Position numbers and translations under genes: made by a program. A stretch of 64,000 nt of DNA, taken from the UHGV virus genome UHGV-0140522; one strand, 5' to 3'. The stretch comes from a virus. Positions 1 to 10,600 of this stretch are shown here, one piece after another (the first letter of the stretch is position 1; each line of letters begins with the position of its first letter). Under the pieces are notes generated by a model. The model did no database searches. It was not told the origin of the DNA and saw nothing but the letters and a program-made list of their open reading frames with translations.

Positions 1-3000
1 CTTGTGCTGGTCTTCATCCTGACGCAGAGCGAGGTCAATATTGGTTTTGGCCAGAGCCTCGATATTGGTCGATACTTCCGCGCTGGCGCGTTCGACTTCG
101 GCAACGGTCTTTTTCATCTCTTCGACGGCGGCAACGCTGTCATCGACGGAGGATTTCATTGCCTCAATCTGTTTGGCATTTGCCTTATCGCCTTCGACAC
201 GGGCTTCACGCTCTTCAGCAATCAGCGCGGAGGCATTGTCGAGCGCAGCGTGTGCCGCTTCCACAGCACCTGCAACGGCTTTGCCCTGCTCGGAAACGGT
301 CTCCTGCAACTCAACCAGAGCCGCATTAGAGTCCTCAACCTGTTGCAGCGCGTCGTTGACCTTGTCCAGCGTGCCAGAGACTTCATTTTTGAGGTCGTTC
401 TGGGCCTGTTCAAGCCGACCGCTGGTGTCTTCCAGTTTGCTGTCCAGATCGGCAACGGACTGATCAAGCTCTTTCAGGCTTTCTTCCATCTGTTTGTTGA
501 TGGCGTCGACCGCATCCTGAGAGGCTTTAGAGTCGATTTCCTCCAGCAGCTCCTGTCCCAGCTCGGAAGAGGTGATCTTCCCGGTAAGGAATGAGAGGAC
601 GTCTCGCGTCATCGCTTCCGTACCCAGATTGGAGTTCGGCGGGCTTAACATGCCACGCTTGTTCACCGCGCGAACCCAATAGTACCAGGTCTCGCTATCC
701 CCAAGACCGGCATGGGTGAACGTGGTGCTGGCAGCCTCTGCAATCAACTTTGCCGTTTCCAGATCGTTGGTCTGGGAGGCGTACACGTTGATGTGATCGA
801 GGTCGATTGAGTCCGGGTTGACCCAATTCAGAATCACGTTGCGGTAGTCACCAACGGCCGTCAGAGAGGTAGGAGAGCCTGGCGGCGTCATCGTACCTTT
901 CACCTGGTAAACGGTACTGATGATGTCCGTCTTCTTGCCGCTGAACGAAACCGCATAGAGCTGAATGTCGTATTGGCCATTCTCGGCAATATTGAGGATC
1001 TCGAACTGCTCTTCGGTAACGCGTGCGGACTGCCAGTTAGAGACGTTGTTCTCATCGGAACGACGCCAGCTGATCCAATATTCCGCAGACTTACCTTCCC
1101 AGGTGGCAACGAGCTTGATTGAGAGGTTGCCCGGACTGGAGATATACGTCCCTTCCGTCACCTGCAGGTTGGTCGGCTTCGAATAAGTCGGGTCGAGAAC
1201 GGTGTTGTTCTCGGGGATCAGCGTCGCGCCGTTGTCGATGGCTTCGTACTTCGATGCGTTATTCTGGACAACGGTAACGTCAAACGTCCCCTGAGCCTCG
1301 CCCTGGGCAACGTTGATAACACGCACGCGCATTGGTTCCAGATCTGGCTCGGTAATCGTCCAGACGCCATTCATAACCGGCATATCACCAGAATTGAGCG
1401 CTTTGGAGAAGGTTACTTTGGTAATGTCTTCCCCGGTCTCAAGAATATCGCGCTCAACGATTTCTCCTTCCTGATTCAAGATCCGGATGTAGCTACCAGC
1501 CTTATTCAGCGTAACCGGTGCGTCGAGAGTGATGCTGTTCTTTGTGAACGCCACAATGCGGCCAGAGTTGCGTTTACCAGCACGGTATTTGTTCTGAATC
1601 AGCACCGTTTCGCCCGGCATCAGGAAGGAAGCATCCAGCCCTGCCGTAAAGCTGATAACGTCGGACTCCATGCGTGCGGTATACAGCAGCCACAGACCGA
1701 CACGATGCGCCTGGCCACGGCTTGTACAGCCGAACGCAACCACTTCGGTTTTGCGCTCGCCATAACGACGCATCGCCTCCTGGTCTTCGACGTACTCGAT
1801 GTTCTGCTTGTAGCCGTCTTCCTTGTTGTTGTAGGTCACAAGAGCCACTGACGGACGGTCTTTACGCGCAGATCCCTTGTAACTGAACATGCCATCTTTG
1901 ACGTTCGCGTTGGTGAACATCATGACCGGATCTGACGGACTATCCTGCATGACGTTAACCATGCCGCCAGCCCAGAAGACCATTCCGCGGAAGGCGCCAG
2001 CGATATCCTGAATCAGTCGGTACGCATCCTGACGGCTGGTGATCTGGGTGTTGATAGCGAAGCGCTTCTCTTTGCCACCGAAACCATCGTCAATCTCTTC
2101 GTCGCAGTAGCGCCCAATCTGGTAGATCTGCCCGAGGTCAATCATGGACTCAGAAACGTACTGCCCCAGGCCATAACGGGCGTTGGTAAGCAGGTCGAAG
2201 AGAATCCAGGCAGGGTTGGAAGATGACAACAGCTTGAATGTGCCATCCCATACGCCGATATAGGTGTTTGTGTGCTCGTCGTAGTTGGACGGGACTCGGA
2301 TCTTAAGGCCACGCACCAGATACGAACGAGACGGCATCGAGCTGCCGAACTGCTCTGAGTTGACCTTGAGACCAACCAGCGCGGAGTTCGGGTAGTTCAT
2401 CGGCGTATCAACAATCTCACCGATAGAGTCCACCCACGTATCGTTAAAGATGTACTGAGTGTTGCTGTCATCGGTCAGACGAAGCACGCGAACCTTGTAG
2501 GCACGACCTGGCTTGGGCAGTTTTAGCTCATAGCTGCGGTAGTAGACGCCCGTCTTTTTTGCCGTCAGCGTAATTTCGGAAGTGCTCTCCCCTTCTGCGA
2601 TGGCGTCCTTGAAGGCATTATCGCCATTGGCAATCTGGAATTTGTAATTCACGGTCGTACCGTTGGTATCACCGGTCTTTTTGTCGATGCTACGCAGAGA
2701 CGGGAACTTAAGAATGACGCGGACACGGTCTGCCTCATCGTTATCGATGGCAATCGTAACGTCGTGCATTCTTTTCAACTGGATGTTGACTGACTTCGGC
2801 GTTTCAACGAAATCGAACCCGGACATCGGCGTCTGGTCTTGTGAACCATCGCGGAAGTCCCACGTGATACCGCTAAAGTTTGGAGACCCGTCTTCGTTAA
2901 GGATTGGCAGATCATCAACGAAGATCGACTTTGCGCCATCCACCAGCCCGCCAATGACACCCTCCCCGAGCAGGTCGAGGATGGACGCCATAGCACGCGA

Positions 3001-3108
3001 GTTTACGGTATCGTCGGCTTCAACCGGCGTGCGGCTGGAGCCACTGCTTTTCTTACCGCCAGCACCTGCAATCAGGAGAGGCAGTCTCTTCTTCTTGAAC
3101 TGTTCCAT
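1..3108 (-). CDS. central tail fibre / host-specificity protein, lambda J-like (5' portion; ORF runs off the window start)
   Basis: Minus-strand ATG at 3108 (MEQFKKKRLPLLIAGAGGKKSSGSS...) opens a frame with no stop down to coordinate 1; the translation has lambda J-like blocks including a C-terminal coiled-coil region. It follows the I-like gene in lambda order. It is absent from the ORF track because no stop lies inside the window. Confidence 0.75.
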   Translation of the reverse strand, partial: MEQFKKKRLPLLIAGAGGKKSSGSSRTPVEADDTVNSRAMASILDLLGEGVIGGLVDGAKSIFVDDLPILNEDGSPNFSGITWDFRDGSQDQTPMSGFDFVETPKSVNIQLKRMHDVTIAIDNDEADRVRVILKFPSLRSIDKKTGDTNGTTVNYKFQIANGDNAFKDAIAEGESTSEITLTAKKTGVYYRSYELKLPKPGRAYKVRVLRLTDDSNTQYIFNDTWVDSIGEIVDTPMNYPNSALVGLKVNSEQFGSSMPSRSYLVRGLKIRVPSNYDEHTNTYIGVWDGTFKLLSSSNPAWILFDLLTNARYGLGQYVSESMIDLGQIYQIGRYCDEEIDDGFGGKEKRFAINTQITSRQDAYRLIQDIAGAFRGMVFWAGGMVNVMQDSPSDPVMMFTNANVKDGMFSYKGSARKDRPSVALVTYNNKEDGYKQNIEYVEDQEAMRRYGERKTEVVAFGCTSRGQAHRVGLWLLYTARMESDVISFTAGLDASFLMPGETVLIQNKYRAGKRNSGRIVAFTKNSITLDAPVTLNKAGSYIRILNQEGEIVERDILETGEDITKVTFSKALNSGDMPVMNGVWTITEPDLEPMRVRVINVAQGEAQGTFDVTVVQNNASKYEAIDNGATLIPENNTVLDPTYSKPTNLQVTEGTYISSPGNLSIKLVATWEGKSAEYWISWRRSDENNVSNWQSARVTEEQFEILNIAENGQYDIQLYAVSFSGKKTDIISTVYQVKGTMTPPGSPTSLTAVGDYRNVILNWVNPDSIDLDHINVYASQTNDLETAKLIAEAASTTFTHAGLGDSETWYYWVRAVNKRGMLSPPNSNLGTEAMTRDVLSFLTGKITSSELGQELLEEIDSKASQDAVDAINKQMEESLKELDQSVADLDSKLEDTSGRLEQAQNDLKNEVSGTLDKVNDALQQVEDSNAALVELQETVSEQGKAVAGAVEAAHAALDNASALIAEEREARVEGDKANAKQIEAMKSSVDDSVAAVEEMKKTVAEVERASAEVSTNIEALAKTNIDLALRQDEDQHK

Positions 3109-3129
3109 GTTCAAAAATTTCCCTTCTTA

Positions 3130-3717
3130 CTAAAGCTGGTCGATGGTGATCGAAGAACTCACAACCTGTGAGCCGACCAGAATTTCCTCGCCATAAATGA
3201 GCTGAACCGGGTTGCCCTGGTTAGTGGTGTTTTGTGGCCCGTCGAAATAAAACGAGTTCGAGTTATCTGCCTGCCTTACGCTGTCATTGGTCGCCTGGGG
3301 CGAAATTAACTGCGAAATACCTCCCATCATTAGCGACAAGCCGAGCGGGGCCAGCGCTGGGAACCAGAATGAGGCAACCATGACGAGTGCCCCTACGACT
3401 GTCTGGAACCAACCAAAAGCCTTACCGCCACTACCGCGAGGAACCGGCGTGATGCGGATCTTCGCGATGTTGTCGGACTGCCCCATCATTTGAAACTCGC
3501 TCTCATCAACCGACCACTTATGCCCCTGCTTATTGGTGATCTGGATGTGGTAACTGTCGTAGGTCTTCATGTTGCGTTTCATCCAGGCTTTTAAGCCCGG
3601 ACGGTTGGCTTCGACCAAATCCAACGCCTGTTTGGTGTTGCGCACTTTTAAATGCCAGTGGCGGCCGAAATGTCTGGCCATCGGGCCACCAAGTTGCACA
3701 TGAACTAACTCAGACAC
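3130..3717 (-). CDS. tail assembly protein, lambda I-like
   Basis: 195-aa ORF with a Gly-rich GSGGKAFG motif and hydrophobic C-terminal half; lies between the K-like and J-like genes. Confidence 0.65.
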   Translation of the reverse strand: MSELVHVQLGGPMARHFGRHWHLKVRNTKQALDLVEANRPGLKAWMKRNMKTYDSYHIQITNKQGHKWSVDESEFQMMGQSDNIAKIRITPVPRGSGGKAFGWFQTVVGALVMVASFWFPALAPLGLSLMMGGISQLISPQATNDSVRQADNSNSFYFDGPQNTTNQGNPVQLIYGEEILVGSQVVSSSITIDQL

Positions 3718-4529
3718 GTTTCATCTCCCTTGAGTAAGTCTCTGTGACGCAGGTGGTGCGTCGTGTGTTTCTGGTACATGCCACCGTAATAAGCGCGACA
3801 GCTCAGACGGTCGATCTGGTGGTGCAGGATCATTCCGTCTCCGATGTACACCGCGCAGTGGTCAGGCATCTTTCCGTACTGAATGAAGAAGACGTCACCA
3901 CGCTGGGGTTCCGTCCCCGGCGCCAGACGAACAAGCCCTTCATTGCGGTAGTTCTGATCGAGAATGTCGGTATCGCCCGTGTACCACGATGGAATATGCA
4001 GGTGCGGGTTTGGATTCAACTCGACGTTGAACTCACGCTTCAGGTAGTCGCGGCACAGCATCCAGCAGTCGAAGACACCAAACACATAGGGCCGCCCCAG
4101 ATAAGGCATCTCAAAGCCGTCTGGGGTGATCACATTCATCTCACTGAAGTGAAATGGCGCATCGCCCTCGACGTTCTTCCGAACAGCCAGAATCAGCCAC
4201 GGAACTTCCGTTGCCTCGCATCCGGCGCGGTCGGCGTCTGACGCTTCAGCTGATTCGTCAGTGTGGGAGTGCCAGATGGCAACCACGTCTCCCGCATCTT
4301 CCGCTGCGATAATGTCGTCAGCGTGCATAACAAACGTGTTTTCCGGGTTTTCCGACACGTTCCGGGCTTCCATGAAGCGATATTTCTCGCCAGTGGTACG
4401 TACCAGAAAGCCACACGCTTCGTTCGGGTAGCGTTTGATGGCTGTCAGATAGATTTCCTGCATAACGTCCGAACCAAGCTCAGGGAAAGCTCTATTACCC
4501 ATAACGCGTTGCTCCAATGAACCCGCCAA
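3705..4529 (-). CDS. tail tip assembly protein, lambda K-like (JAMM/MPN plus NlpC/P60 domains); alternative start at 4460
   Basis: HSHTDESAEASDAD JAMM-like metal motif near the N-terminus and a CAVYIGDG NlpC/P60-type Cys region; internal Met at 4460 (MQEIYLTAIKRYPNEACGFLV) matches K-family N-termini. Confidence 0.7.
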   Translation of the reverse strand: MAGSLEQRVMGNRAFPELGSDVMQEIYLTAIKRYPNEACGFLVRTTGEKYRFMEARNVSENPENTFVMHADDIIAAEDAGDVVAIWHSHTDESAEASDADRAGCEATEVPWLILAVRKNVEGDAPFHFSEMNVITPDGFEMPYLGRPYVFGVFDCWMLCRDYLKREFNVELNPNPHLHIPSWYTGDTDILDQNYRNEGLVRLAPGTEPQRGDVFFIQYGKMPDHCAVYIGDGMILHHQIDRLSCRAYYGGMYQKHTTHHLRHRDLLKGDETCLS

Positions 4530-5226
4530 AGTGGATTACGCCATTGGCAAAGTAGTTACGGCGTGCGTTGCATGAGTCGTAGCGTTTCGTGCAGTAATCC
4601 GCGCCTGACATGGTGGTTTGCTGGTTGTTTTTGTCGAAATAGGGGCCGGTGTAGCCGCACTCTGGACCGCGGTATTTCCACGGGCAGGTGTTTTTGATGA
4701 TCTGGCGGTACGGCAGCTGCACGCCCATCAGATCGAACACACTCGACAGCTCAAACTCGACAACCTCATGGGTTTCGAGAGTCTTCTGTTCGATGAACCA
4801 CATCTCATCCGGGAAGTGCTGATTTGGATCTGCGGTTGGATTCCCGTCTTTGAAGTTGGCCGCGTCGAGAAAACGCGCCAGCGTCATCTTGCGGATGATG
4901 CGACAGCCAACCAGATCGTCGTTTGCCTGAACTTCAGCGGAGACAGTTCCGGCAAAGTTGGAGACCTGGATTTTTGGACGCGGCAAAGTACCCTGACCAG
5001 TCTTATCAAAGCCTGACGCCTTGATTGGCCACGGTTCGTAGGACACGCCTTGCCAAACGACTGGCTCCATCAGTTCGTTTGTACCAGCGTGGAAAAACAG
5101 CTTGCCCCCAGAGGTGGTGTTCGACATATCAAGTTCGAACAGCTCAATGAGCGCGGAGGGCGACAAGCTCTGAATATCAGCTTTAATACCCATCGTTTCT
5201 TCCTTGAAATAAAGAGGCGCCAACAT
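4495..5226 (-). CDS. minor tail protein, lambda L-like
   Basis: 243-aa ORF between the M-like and K-like genes; C-terminal Cys cluster (CPWKYRGPECGYTG...CTKRYDSC) as in the gpL Fe-S domain. Confidence 0.7.
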   Translation of the reverse strand: MLAPLYFKEETMGIKADIQSLSPSALIELFELDMSNTTSGGKLFFHAGTNELMEPVVWQGVSYEPWPIKASGFDKTGQGTLPRPKIQVSNFAGTVSAEVQANDDLVGCRIIRKMTLARFLDAANFKDGNPTADPNQHFPDEMWFIEQKTLETHEVVEFELSSVFDLMGVQLPYRQIIKNTCPWKYRGPECGYTGPYFDKNNQQTTMSGADYCTKRYDSCNARRNYFANGVIHFGGFIGATRYG

Positions 5227-5239
5227 CCTGTCAGCGCCT

Positions 5240-5271
5240 ATAGATAATAGTAAATAAGTGCTTACTTATCT
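5240..5271. promoter_or_regulatory. AT-rich palindrome family member
   Basis: TAGATAATAGTAAATAAGTGCTTACTTATCTA between the M-like stop and L-like start. Confidence 0.4.
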
Positions 5272-5282
5272 AGTGGGTTGAA

Positions 5283-5618
5283 TTATCCTTCATAAATTTG
5301 TCGGAAGGTCGCAGTGAGAACGAGATAGCCCTGGTAACGCTTCACAGTATGGCTGTCGCACACCACAACCATCTTTTTGCCACGAGGGTTCGTCCAGTAG
5401 AACGACTCAACGGCCGCGCGTGCCGTCAAAAAGTCATCGACGGCATTAATAACGTCGTAAGAGCGCGTAAATGTCAGGCTCCACTCTTCTTTAATGCGAT
5501 TGAGACCTTTGGCCTGGCGCTGTTCGTAATCGTCACCGAAATTCAGCACCGTCACGTTAGGCTTCACGGTCTTTTCCGACTCGTAGTCGGGATACCAGTT
5601 AAAAGTCAGTCTTTCCAT
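5283..5618 (-). CDS. minor tail protein, lambda M-like
   Basis: 111-aa ORF immediately after the tape measure gene; size and position match gpM. Confidence 0.6.
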   Translation of the reverse strand: MERLTFNWYPDYESEKTVKPNVTVLNFGDDYEQRQAKGLNRIKEEWSLTFTRSYDVINAVDDFLTARAAVESFYWTNPRGKKMVVVCDSHTVKRYQGYLVLTATFRQIYEG

Positions 5619-5659
5619 CTCACATCCTTGTGAGGCTGCCCCTTCCGGGGCAGCCGTGG

Positions 5660-8600
5660 TTAGTTACGTTGAGAGTTAGGGTTGAGCGAACCGCCTGGCC
5701 GCTTCTCCTGAGCGATGGTTTCAAGCGCGATCGCCTTCATGCGCTGCGCTGCCTGACTCCATGCGCCTTCGGAATTGCTGTTCTCCGAAACACTGCCGTC
5801 GCTGTTGACGTTGATCTCAATGCTGACAGGTGAGAAAACGCCGCCACCGCCGCCTTTAACACCCTCTGCGTTGAGCGTAACCGGGATGGAACGCCCATCC
5901 GGAAGCGGAACGTAGGCTTCGTTCATATCCCCTTCACCAAACAGCGCCAGCTGTGGAGAGTCAGCGATGCCACCTTTCTGGTACGCACGCAGCGGAACCA
6001 CGCCGTCTTTCCCGAAAATGCCGCCTTTGGCGAACTTCGGAATTGCCGGGATGCCGCCAGTACCATCAGATGCCGATCCGGTGAGATTGTTGAACCCGGA
6101 GTTAGAGCCGGAGGAACCCGATCCGATGTTGTCGAAGCCACCACCAGCCCAGGCAGACACCAGCCCAGAGGCAATGGTAGCGCCGAAGCTCAACCACTTA
6201 TTGCCAGAGCCGGACATGTTTGCTCCCAGCATGGCAAACGCGGCAGAAAGCGCCCCCGTGACAGAGCTAAGGTTCTGCATGGAGAAGATGGATGTCTTCA
6301 CCGCTTTGGTTTCCGCGTCTTTGGCTTCAGTACTGGTGAACAGTCCATTCACCCAGCTGCCGATCGCGTTGGTTGCAGAGCCAATCGCGCTGGTCGTCTG
6401 CTGAGTGGTCTGCCCCAGACCGGAGACCGAGCTGGAGGTCTCTTTCGTCGCCTCACCCACGCTCTTATCGCCGTTGACCGCATTCATCCGGACGCCCTGG
6501 TTGGCAACCGCTGATGCGACACCAGAAAGCAGATTGCCGCTCTGAGAGCTGCCCGCTGCCGTCGTTCCCATCCCCAGCATGTTCATGAGAGGCAGGGTGA
6601 TCTGCGTCTTCACAACCATGTTGGTGATGTCGCGGAGGATGGATTCTGCCAGGCTGGAGAAGTCCATTTTCCCCTTCATGACGAAGTCGGTCAGCGTATC
6701 CGTCATGTTGCTGAACAGGTTGCTCCAGCTGTTTTCCAGCTGATCGGCCAGATTCTCGTACTCAAGCGCCAGCTTCTGTGTCGCCGTACCCGTCTCTTTG
6801 ATGAGAGCGGTGTTGCCTGCCGCCACCAGCTGGTTAATCTGCTTGGTGTAAAGCGCCACGATTTTCGGATCAGAAGCCTGGTCACGCAGATCCATCAACG
6901 CTTTCAGGTTACGGTTGTAGGTGTCGTTGAAATCGGCCACCTTCTCTTCACGAGACGGCTTGTAACCCGCGCTGATGATGGAATCGGATTCCGGCGCCCA
7001 GGTGGAGATCATCTGCTCGACGTTGCGGCGGTTGAACATCTCGCGATAGTCGTCGCTCGCGTTAGCCAGGTCAGCCAGGCGTGACTTGGCTTTGTCGATC
7101 ATCTCCTGAGTGATGAACTCATTCGGTACGGCGTTGGCCAGTTCGGTCAGCGATTTGGTGGTATCGCGTAGAGACTGGTCAAACGACACGGTCGCTTTAG
7201 AGCTTTCACCCATCTGCCCCATAAGCTGATCGGCTTTATCCAGCGCTTTCTGGTAGCCGGCCGCCAGCTTACGCTGCGCATTTTCTTCCTTCCGTGCGGC
7301 ACGCTGAGAAGCATTGGCAGTACGCTGCCCGGCTTTTTCCGCAGCTGCGGCGTCCTGCTCACGCGCTTTGGTTAGTGCGGCGATCGCTGCTGCACGTTCC
7401 TCGTCGCTCATTTTCTCCAGAGAGCTGGCGCTGGAGGCTTTCTGCAGGTTCAGTTGGGTTTTGAGCTGCTTCGGCCCAATGATCGGCTTACCTTCGAAGT
7501 CCAGCATCGCCGTACCGTCTGGCAACGTGCGCTGATAGGTTGCGGAGTCCATCTGGTTGCGCATGTACTGCGCCAGAGCTTTCTGGGCCGCCTTGTCGCT
7601 CGTACCAAGCCCCAAAACGGTTCCCTGGTTGGACATGACACCCTTACCAGTTTTGGCAGCGTTATCACGCTCAAACTCGGCCTGAGTCAACTCCTGAGCG
7701 ACAGCTTCCAGATGCTCCTGATAGCCTCGAATACTGCCTTGTAGCTTCTGAATCTGCTCGGTATTGCCCTCTTTCTTCGCTTTTTCGAGCAGATCGTTGT
7801 AGTGGGCAATCTGCTTCTCGGTCGCGTTTTTACGGGAGGACAGTGAATCGACCAGTTTTTGCGCCGGTTCCAGGTATGACTTGTTCACCGTTTCACGGAG
7901 CGGTGCGAGAAGTTTGTTCTTCTCATCGTCAGACAGTGATTTGTCGTCATTGATTTTCTGGATCTTGTCCAGAGCCTCCTGACGTGCTTTCACAAATGTC
8001 GCAGAGAAGACCTGATTGTCGGCCCGGATTTTCTCAATCTGGGATTCTGCTGCCTCTTTAGCCAGACGTTTGGCTACAGCCCCGTCACCCAGCGCAATGG
8101 TGCCGGTAATCTTCTGGTACTCTTCCTGATTCTTCTTCAGGCGAGCCTCGATATCGGCTTTTGACTCTTTGTGAGTGACAGCGCCAACAGAGTTGGACAC
8201 ATAGCTCACGCTTTCGCCTGTTTTGAGCGCTCGCTGGTCTGCGATGATCTCTTTTTCGAGCTTTTCCGCACGCTCTGCCATCTGCGCACGTTTGGCCGCC
8301 GTCATCGCTTCCGGGATTTTGCGGATCTCGTCAACGACTTTTGACGTTTCGCTGCGGAGCATGGTCATATACGTGATAAGACCGGCTACAGCCACGGTAG
8401 CGACGGTGAACGCTGCACCAATGGGGTTTGCTGCGATGAACGCAGTTAGCCCAGCGAATGCCCCCTGTAACCCCGTGATCGCGCCACGGATAGCGAAGAT
8501 CAGCGATGGGATTGGAGCCAGACCCATACGAGCCGCACGATTAAAGCGGGTGACAGCTGTCGCGCCCAGATTGAACGGCGCCTGGATGACAGTCGACATC

Positions 8601-10264
8601 GTCGCAAACGTGTTAACCATCTGCCCGGCAGTGCCAATCACGCCCATGATGCCCGCGCGCATCAGTTTGAACGCCACCATAGCGGCCACTACTTTGCCCA
8701 GGTTGACAATCAACTCCTGGTTTTTCGCCAGCCACTGCGCCAGCTCACGTAAGCTGTCGATTGCGGTGGTAAGTCCGGAACCCAGCGAGTTAGCGAACGA
8801 AATGCCCTCTGCGCTATTCATGATGGAGGCCAGCTCTTTCATCCCCTTTGAGAGAGAATCCAGATAGCCCGCCTGACCGACACGATCGGCAAACAGCGTA
8901 AAGGAGGTTTGCAATTGCGCCAGCGCACCAGTGTAGGTTTGCATCATGTCTTTGGCGGCGTTTTCGTTCTCCGCACGCAGACCAACGAACATCAGCGATA
9001 GCGCCTGTTTCGCTTCCACAGTACCGGTGGAGACTGCTTTGGTCAGTTCCCCCATAGTGATACCGGCAGCGTCTGCCATCGCCTTCATCGCGTTAGGAAC
9101 GGCTTCACCTAATTGCTGACGCAGTTCTTCCATCGACACGACGCCCTTACCGGACATCTGCTGGACAGCCACGGCAGCACGTTTAAGCAGCTCGCTATCG
9201 CCGCCGAAGCGTGCAACGGAGTCCACCAGTGCTTTCAGCGATCCGTCAGTAGGATCGAGACCTGCCGAGCGGAATTTAACGAAGGAATCGGTCAGCGCCT
9301 GCATCGCAAACGGGGCGTTTTGCGCCATATCCACGATGTACTGCATATCCTCTGCGGCTGCTTTACCAGGGTTGGCCTTGTCCTTGTTCAGCCCGCGCAA
9401 CATGACGCGCATACGCTCCATTTCGGAGGCGGCTTCGACGATTGGCTTCTGCCAGCCAAACAGGATGTCAGTTACCGTTCTTGCCGCATCACCAATCTCG
9501 CCCAGCAGGAAAATATTGCCGCGCAGACCAGAGAACATGCCATTTTCAGCACCGCGCCCGCCGTGGCCATTTGTACCGCCACGTCGACCACCGCCACCAT
9601 TACCACCGCCCTCACCGTAGCCGCTGGTGCGCACACGTACCGGCTTGCTGATCAGTTGCTGGCGGCCAATCACGGCATCCATCTGATCGCGGACTTTCTT
9701 CAGCCCCTCGGCAGCCTGGCTCGTTGTGACGCCCCAATTACTGAGACGCTTCGTCGTGGTGTTAAGGCGCGTATTCATGCCACTCACGGATGAAGAGGCT
9801 TCTTTTACTTCCGTACCGAAGCGGCTGGCGCTCTTGCCAGCGAACGTTGCCCAATCGGAAAACTCGTTGAGTTCAGACTGAACCTTGCGCAGCGATGTGG
9901 TGAGTTTATTAACGGATGAGGTGGTTGTGTCGACGCGCTCAATCAGGGTTTTGAGACCTGAGTTGAGGCTGGTAATGTTGCCTCGCGTCTTGCGCGAAAC
10001 ATCAGACACAAGCTCGAAGCCGGCAGCTACATCCTGTAGTTTGTCTGCCGTGGCATCGAGCTTGGACTCCAGAACGCCGATGATGCGGGAGACCGAACCC
10101 AACGAGCGTTCCAGATTGTTAATTTTCTGAGCGGGCTTTGTGGCCTGCTCCCCGAATCTGGTAAGTAGCTTACCCGCCCGGTCGATTGACGCTGTAAACT
10201 GCTTGTCTTCCAGCGACAGGATAAACTCTACGTTTTGTGACATTCCCTTGTCATCCTCTGCCAA
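5660..10264 (-). CDS. tail tape measure protein, lambda H-like
   Basis: 1534-aa ORF, mostly alpha-helical/coiled, with Gly-rich segments (GYGEGGGNGGGGRRGG) and a Gly-rich C-terminal tail-tip region; sits between G/T and M. Confidence 0.85.
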   Translation of the reverse strand: MAEDDKGMSQNVEFILSLEDKQFTASIDRAGKLLTRFGEQATKPAQKINNLERSLGSVSRIIGVLESKLDATADKLQDVAAGFELVSDVSRKTRGNITSLNSGLKTLIERVDTTTSSVNKLTTSLRKVQSELNEFSDWATFAGKSASRFGTEVKEASSSVSGMNTRLNTTTKRLSNWGVTTSQAAEGLKKVRDQMDAVIGRQQLISKPVRVRTSGYGEGGGNGGGGRRGGTNGHGGRGAENGMFSGLRGNIFLLGEIGDAARTVTDILFGWQKPIVEAASEMERMRVMLRGLNKDKANPGKAAAEDMQYIVDMAQNAPFAMQALTDSFVKFRSAGLDPTDGSLKALVDSVARFGGDSELLKRAAVAVQQMSGKGVVSMEELRQQLGEAVPNAMKAMADAAGITMGELTKAVSTGTVEAKQALSLMFVGLRAENENAAKDMMQTYTGALAQLQTSFTLFADRVGQAGYLDSLSKGMKELASIMNSAEGISFANSLGSGLTTAIDSLRELAQWLAKNQELIVNLGKVVAAMVAFKLMRAGIMGVIGTAGQMVNTFATMSTVIQAPFNLGATAVTRFNRAARMGLAPIPSLIFAIRGAITGLQGAFAGLTAFIAANPIGAAFTVATVAVAGLITYMTMLRSETSKVVDEIRKIPEAMTAAKRAQMAERAEKLEKEIIADQRALKTGESVSYVSNSVGAVTHKESKADIEARLKKNQEEYQKITGTIALGDGAVAKRLAKEAAESQIEKIRADNQVFSATFVKARQEALDKIQKINDDKSLSDDEKNKLLAPLRETVNKSYLEPAQKLVDSLSSRKNATEKQIAHYNDLLEKAKKEGNTEQIQKLQGSIRGYQEHLEAVAQELTQAEFERDNAAKTGKGVMSNQGTVLGLGTSDKAAQKALAQYMRNQMDSATYQRTLPDGTAMLDFEGKPIIGPKQLKTQLNLQKASSASSLEKMSDEERAAAIAALTKAREQDAAAAEKAGQRTANASQRAARKEENAQRKLAAGYQKALDKADQLMGQMGESSKATVSFDQSLRDTTKSLTELANAVPNEFITQEMIDKAKSRLADLANASDDYREMFNRRNVEQMISTWAPESDSIISAGYKPSREEKVADFNDTYNRNLKALMDLRDQASDPKIVALYTKQINQLVAAGNTALIKETGTATQKLALEYENLADQLENSWSNLFSNMTDTLTDFVMKGKMDFSSLAESILRDITNMVVKTQITLPLMNMLGMGTTAAGSSQSGNLLSGVASAVANQGVRMNAVNGDKSVGEATKETSSSVSGLGQTTQQTTSAIGSATNAIGSWVNGLFTSTEAKDAETKAVKTSIFSMQNLSSVTGALSAAFAMLGANMSGSGNKWLSFGATIASGLVSAWAGGGFDNIGSGSSGSNSGFNNLTGSASDGTGGIPAIPKFAKGGIFGKDGVVPLRAYQKGGIADSPQLALFGEGDMNEAYVPLPDGRSIPVTLNAEGVKGGGGGVFSPVSIEINVNSDGSVSENSNSEGAWSQAAQRMKAIALETIAQEKRPGGSLNPNSQRN

Positions 10265-10520
10265 AAATTTGCATCAGTTGCTCTTTGGCGTCAGGGTCTG
10301 CCTTATCCTTGCGTGGATCGTAGACTTTATCGGTTACGACTGGTCTTCCAATCCTGAGTTGCAAACCCTCCATGAACGCCTTCACGCCCTCGCCATCTGC
10401 CTGGGCAGCGCGAGCGACTTGCAGGTTGCGGACATCCTCTTCCGCGCGCAGACGGTCGATGTTGCGACTGAGCATCCAGAACATCGTTAGAGGGACGCCC
10501 AGCAGCTCTAATGGCGACAC
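10251..10520 (-). CDS. tail assembly chaperone T-segment, expressed as a G-T fusion by putative -1 frameshift
   Basis: The frame is open from just after the G stop region (about 10588) down to 10251, with no convincing independent RBS. It overlaps the first codons of the tape measure gene. It is in the -1 frame relative to G. Confidence 0.5.
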   Translation of the reverse strand: MSPLELLGVPLTMFWMLSRNIDRLRAEEDVRNLQVARAAQADGEGVKAFMEGLQLRIGRPVVTDKVYDPRKDKADPDAKEQLMQIFGRG

Positions 10521-10600
10521 GGCGTAGTGAGCAACTACACGACTGAAATAGAATCCGAGATCTATCGATACGGTCTTTACCCCGGATTCATCGCGGGAAA

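Noticed and set aside
4-594. 196-aa plus-strand ORF at the window start
   Set aside because: It lies antisense to the J-like tail fibre gene, which has a continuous minus-strand frame. Its low-complexity translation is typical of a shadow ORF.
2663-3133. 156-aa plus-strand ORF
   Set aside because: It overlaps the 5' end of the J-like gene on the opposite strand and has no RBS.
8223-9793. Plus-strand ORFs of 214, 226 and 94 aa inside the tape measure gene
   Set aside because: They are antisense shadows of the 4.6-kb tape measure ORF with Ala/Arg/Ser-rich low-complexity translations.
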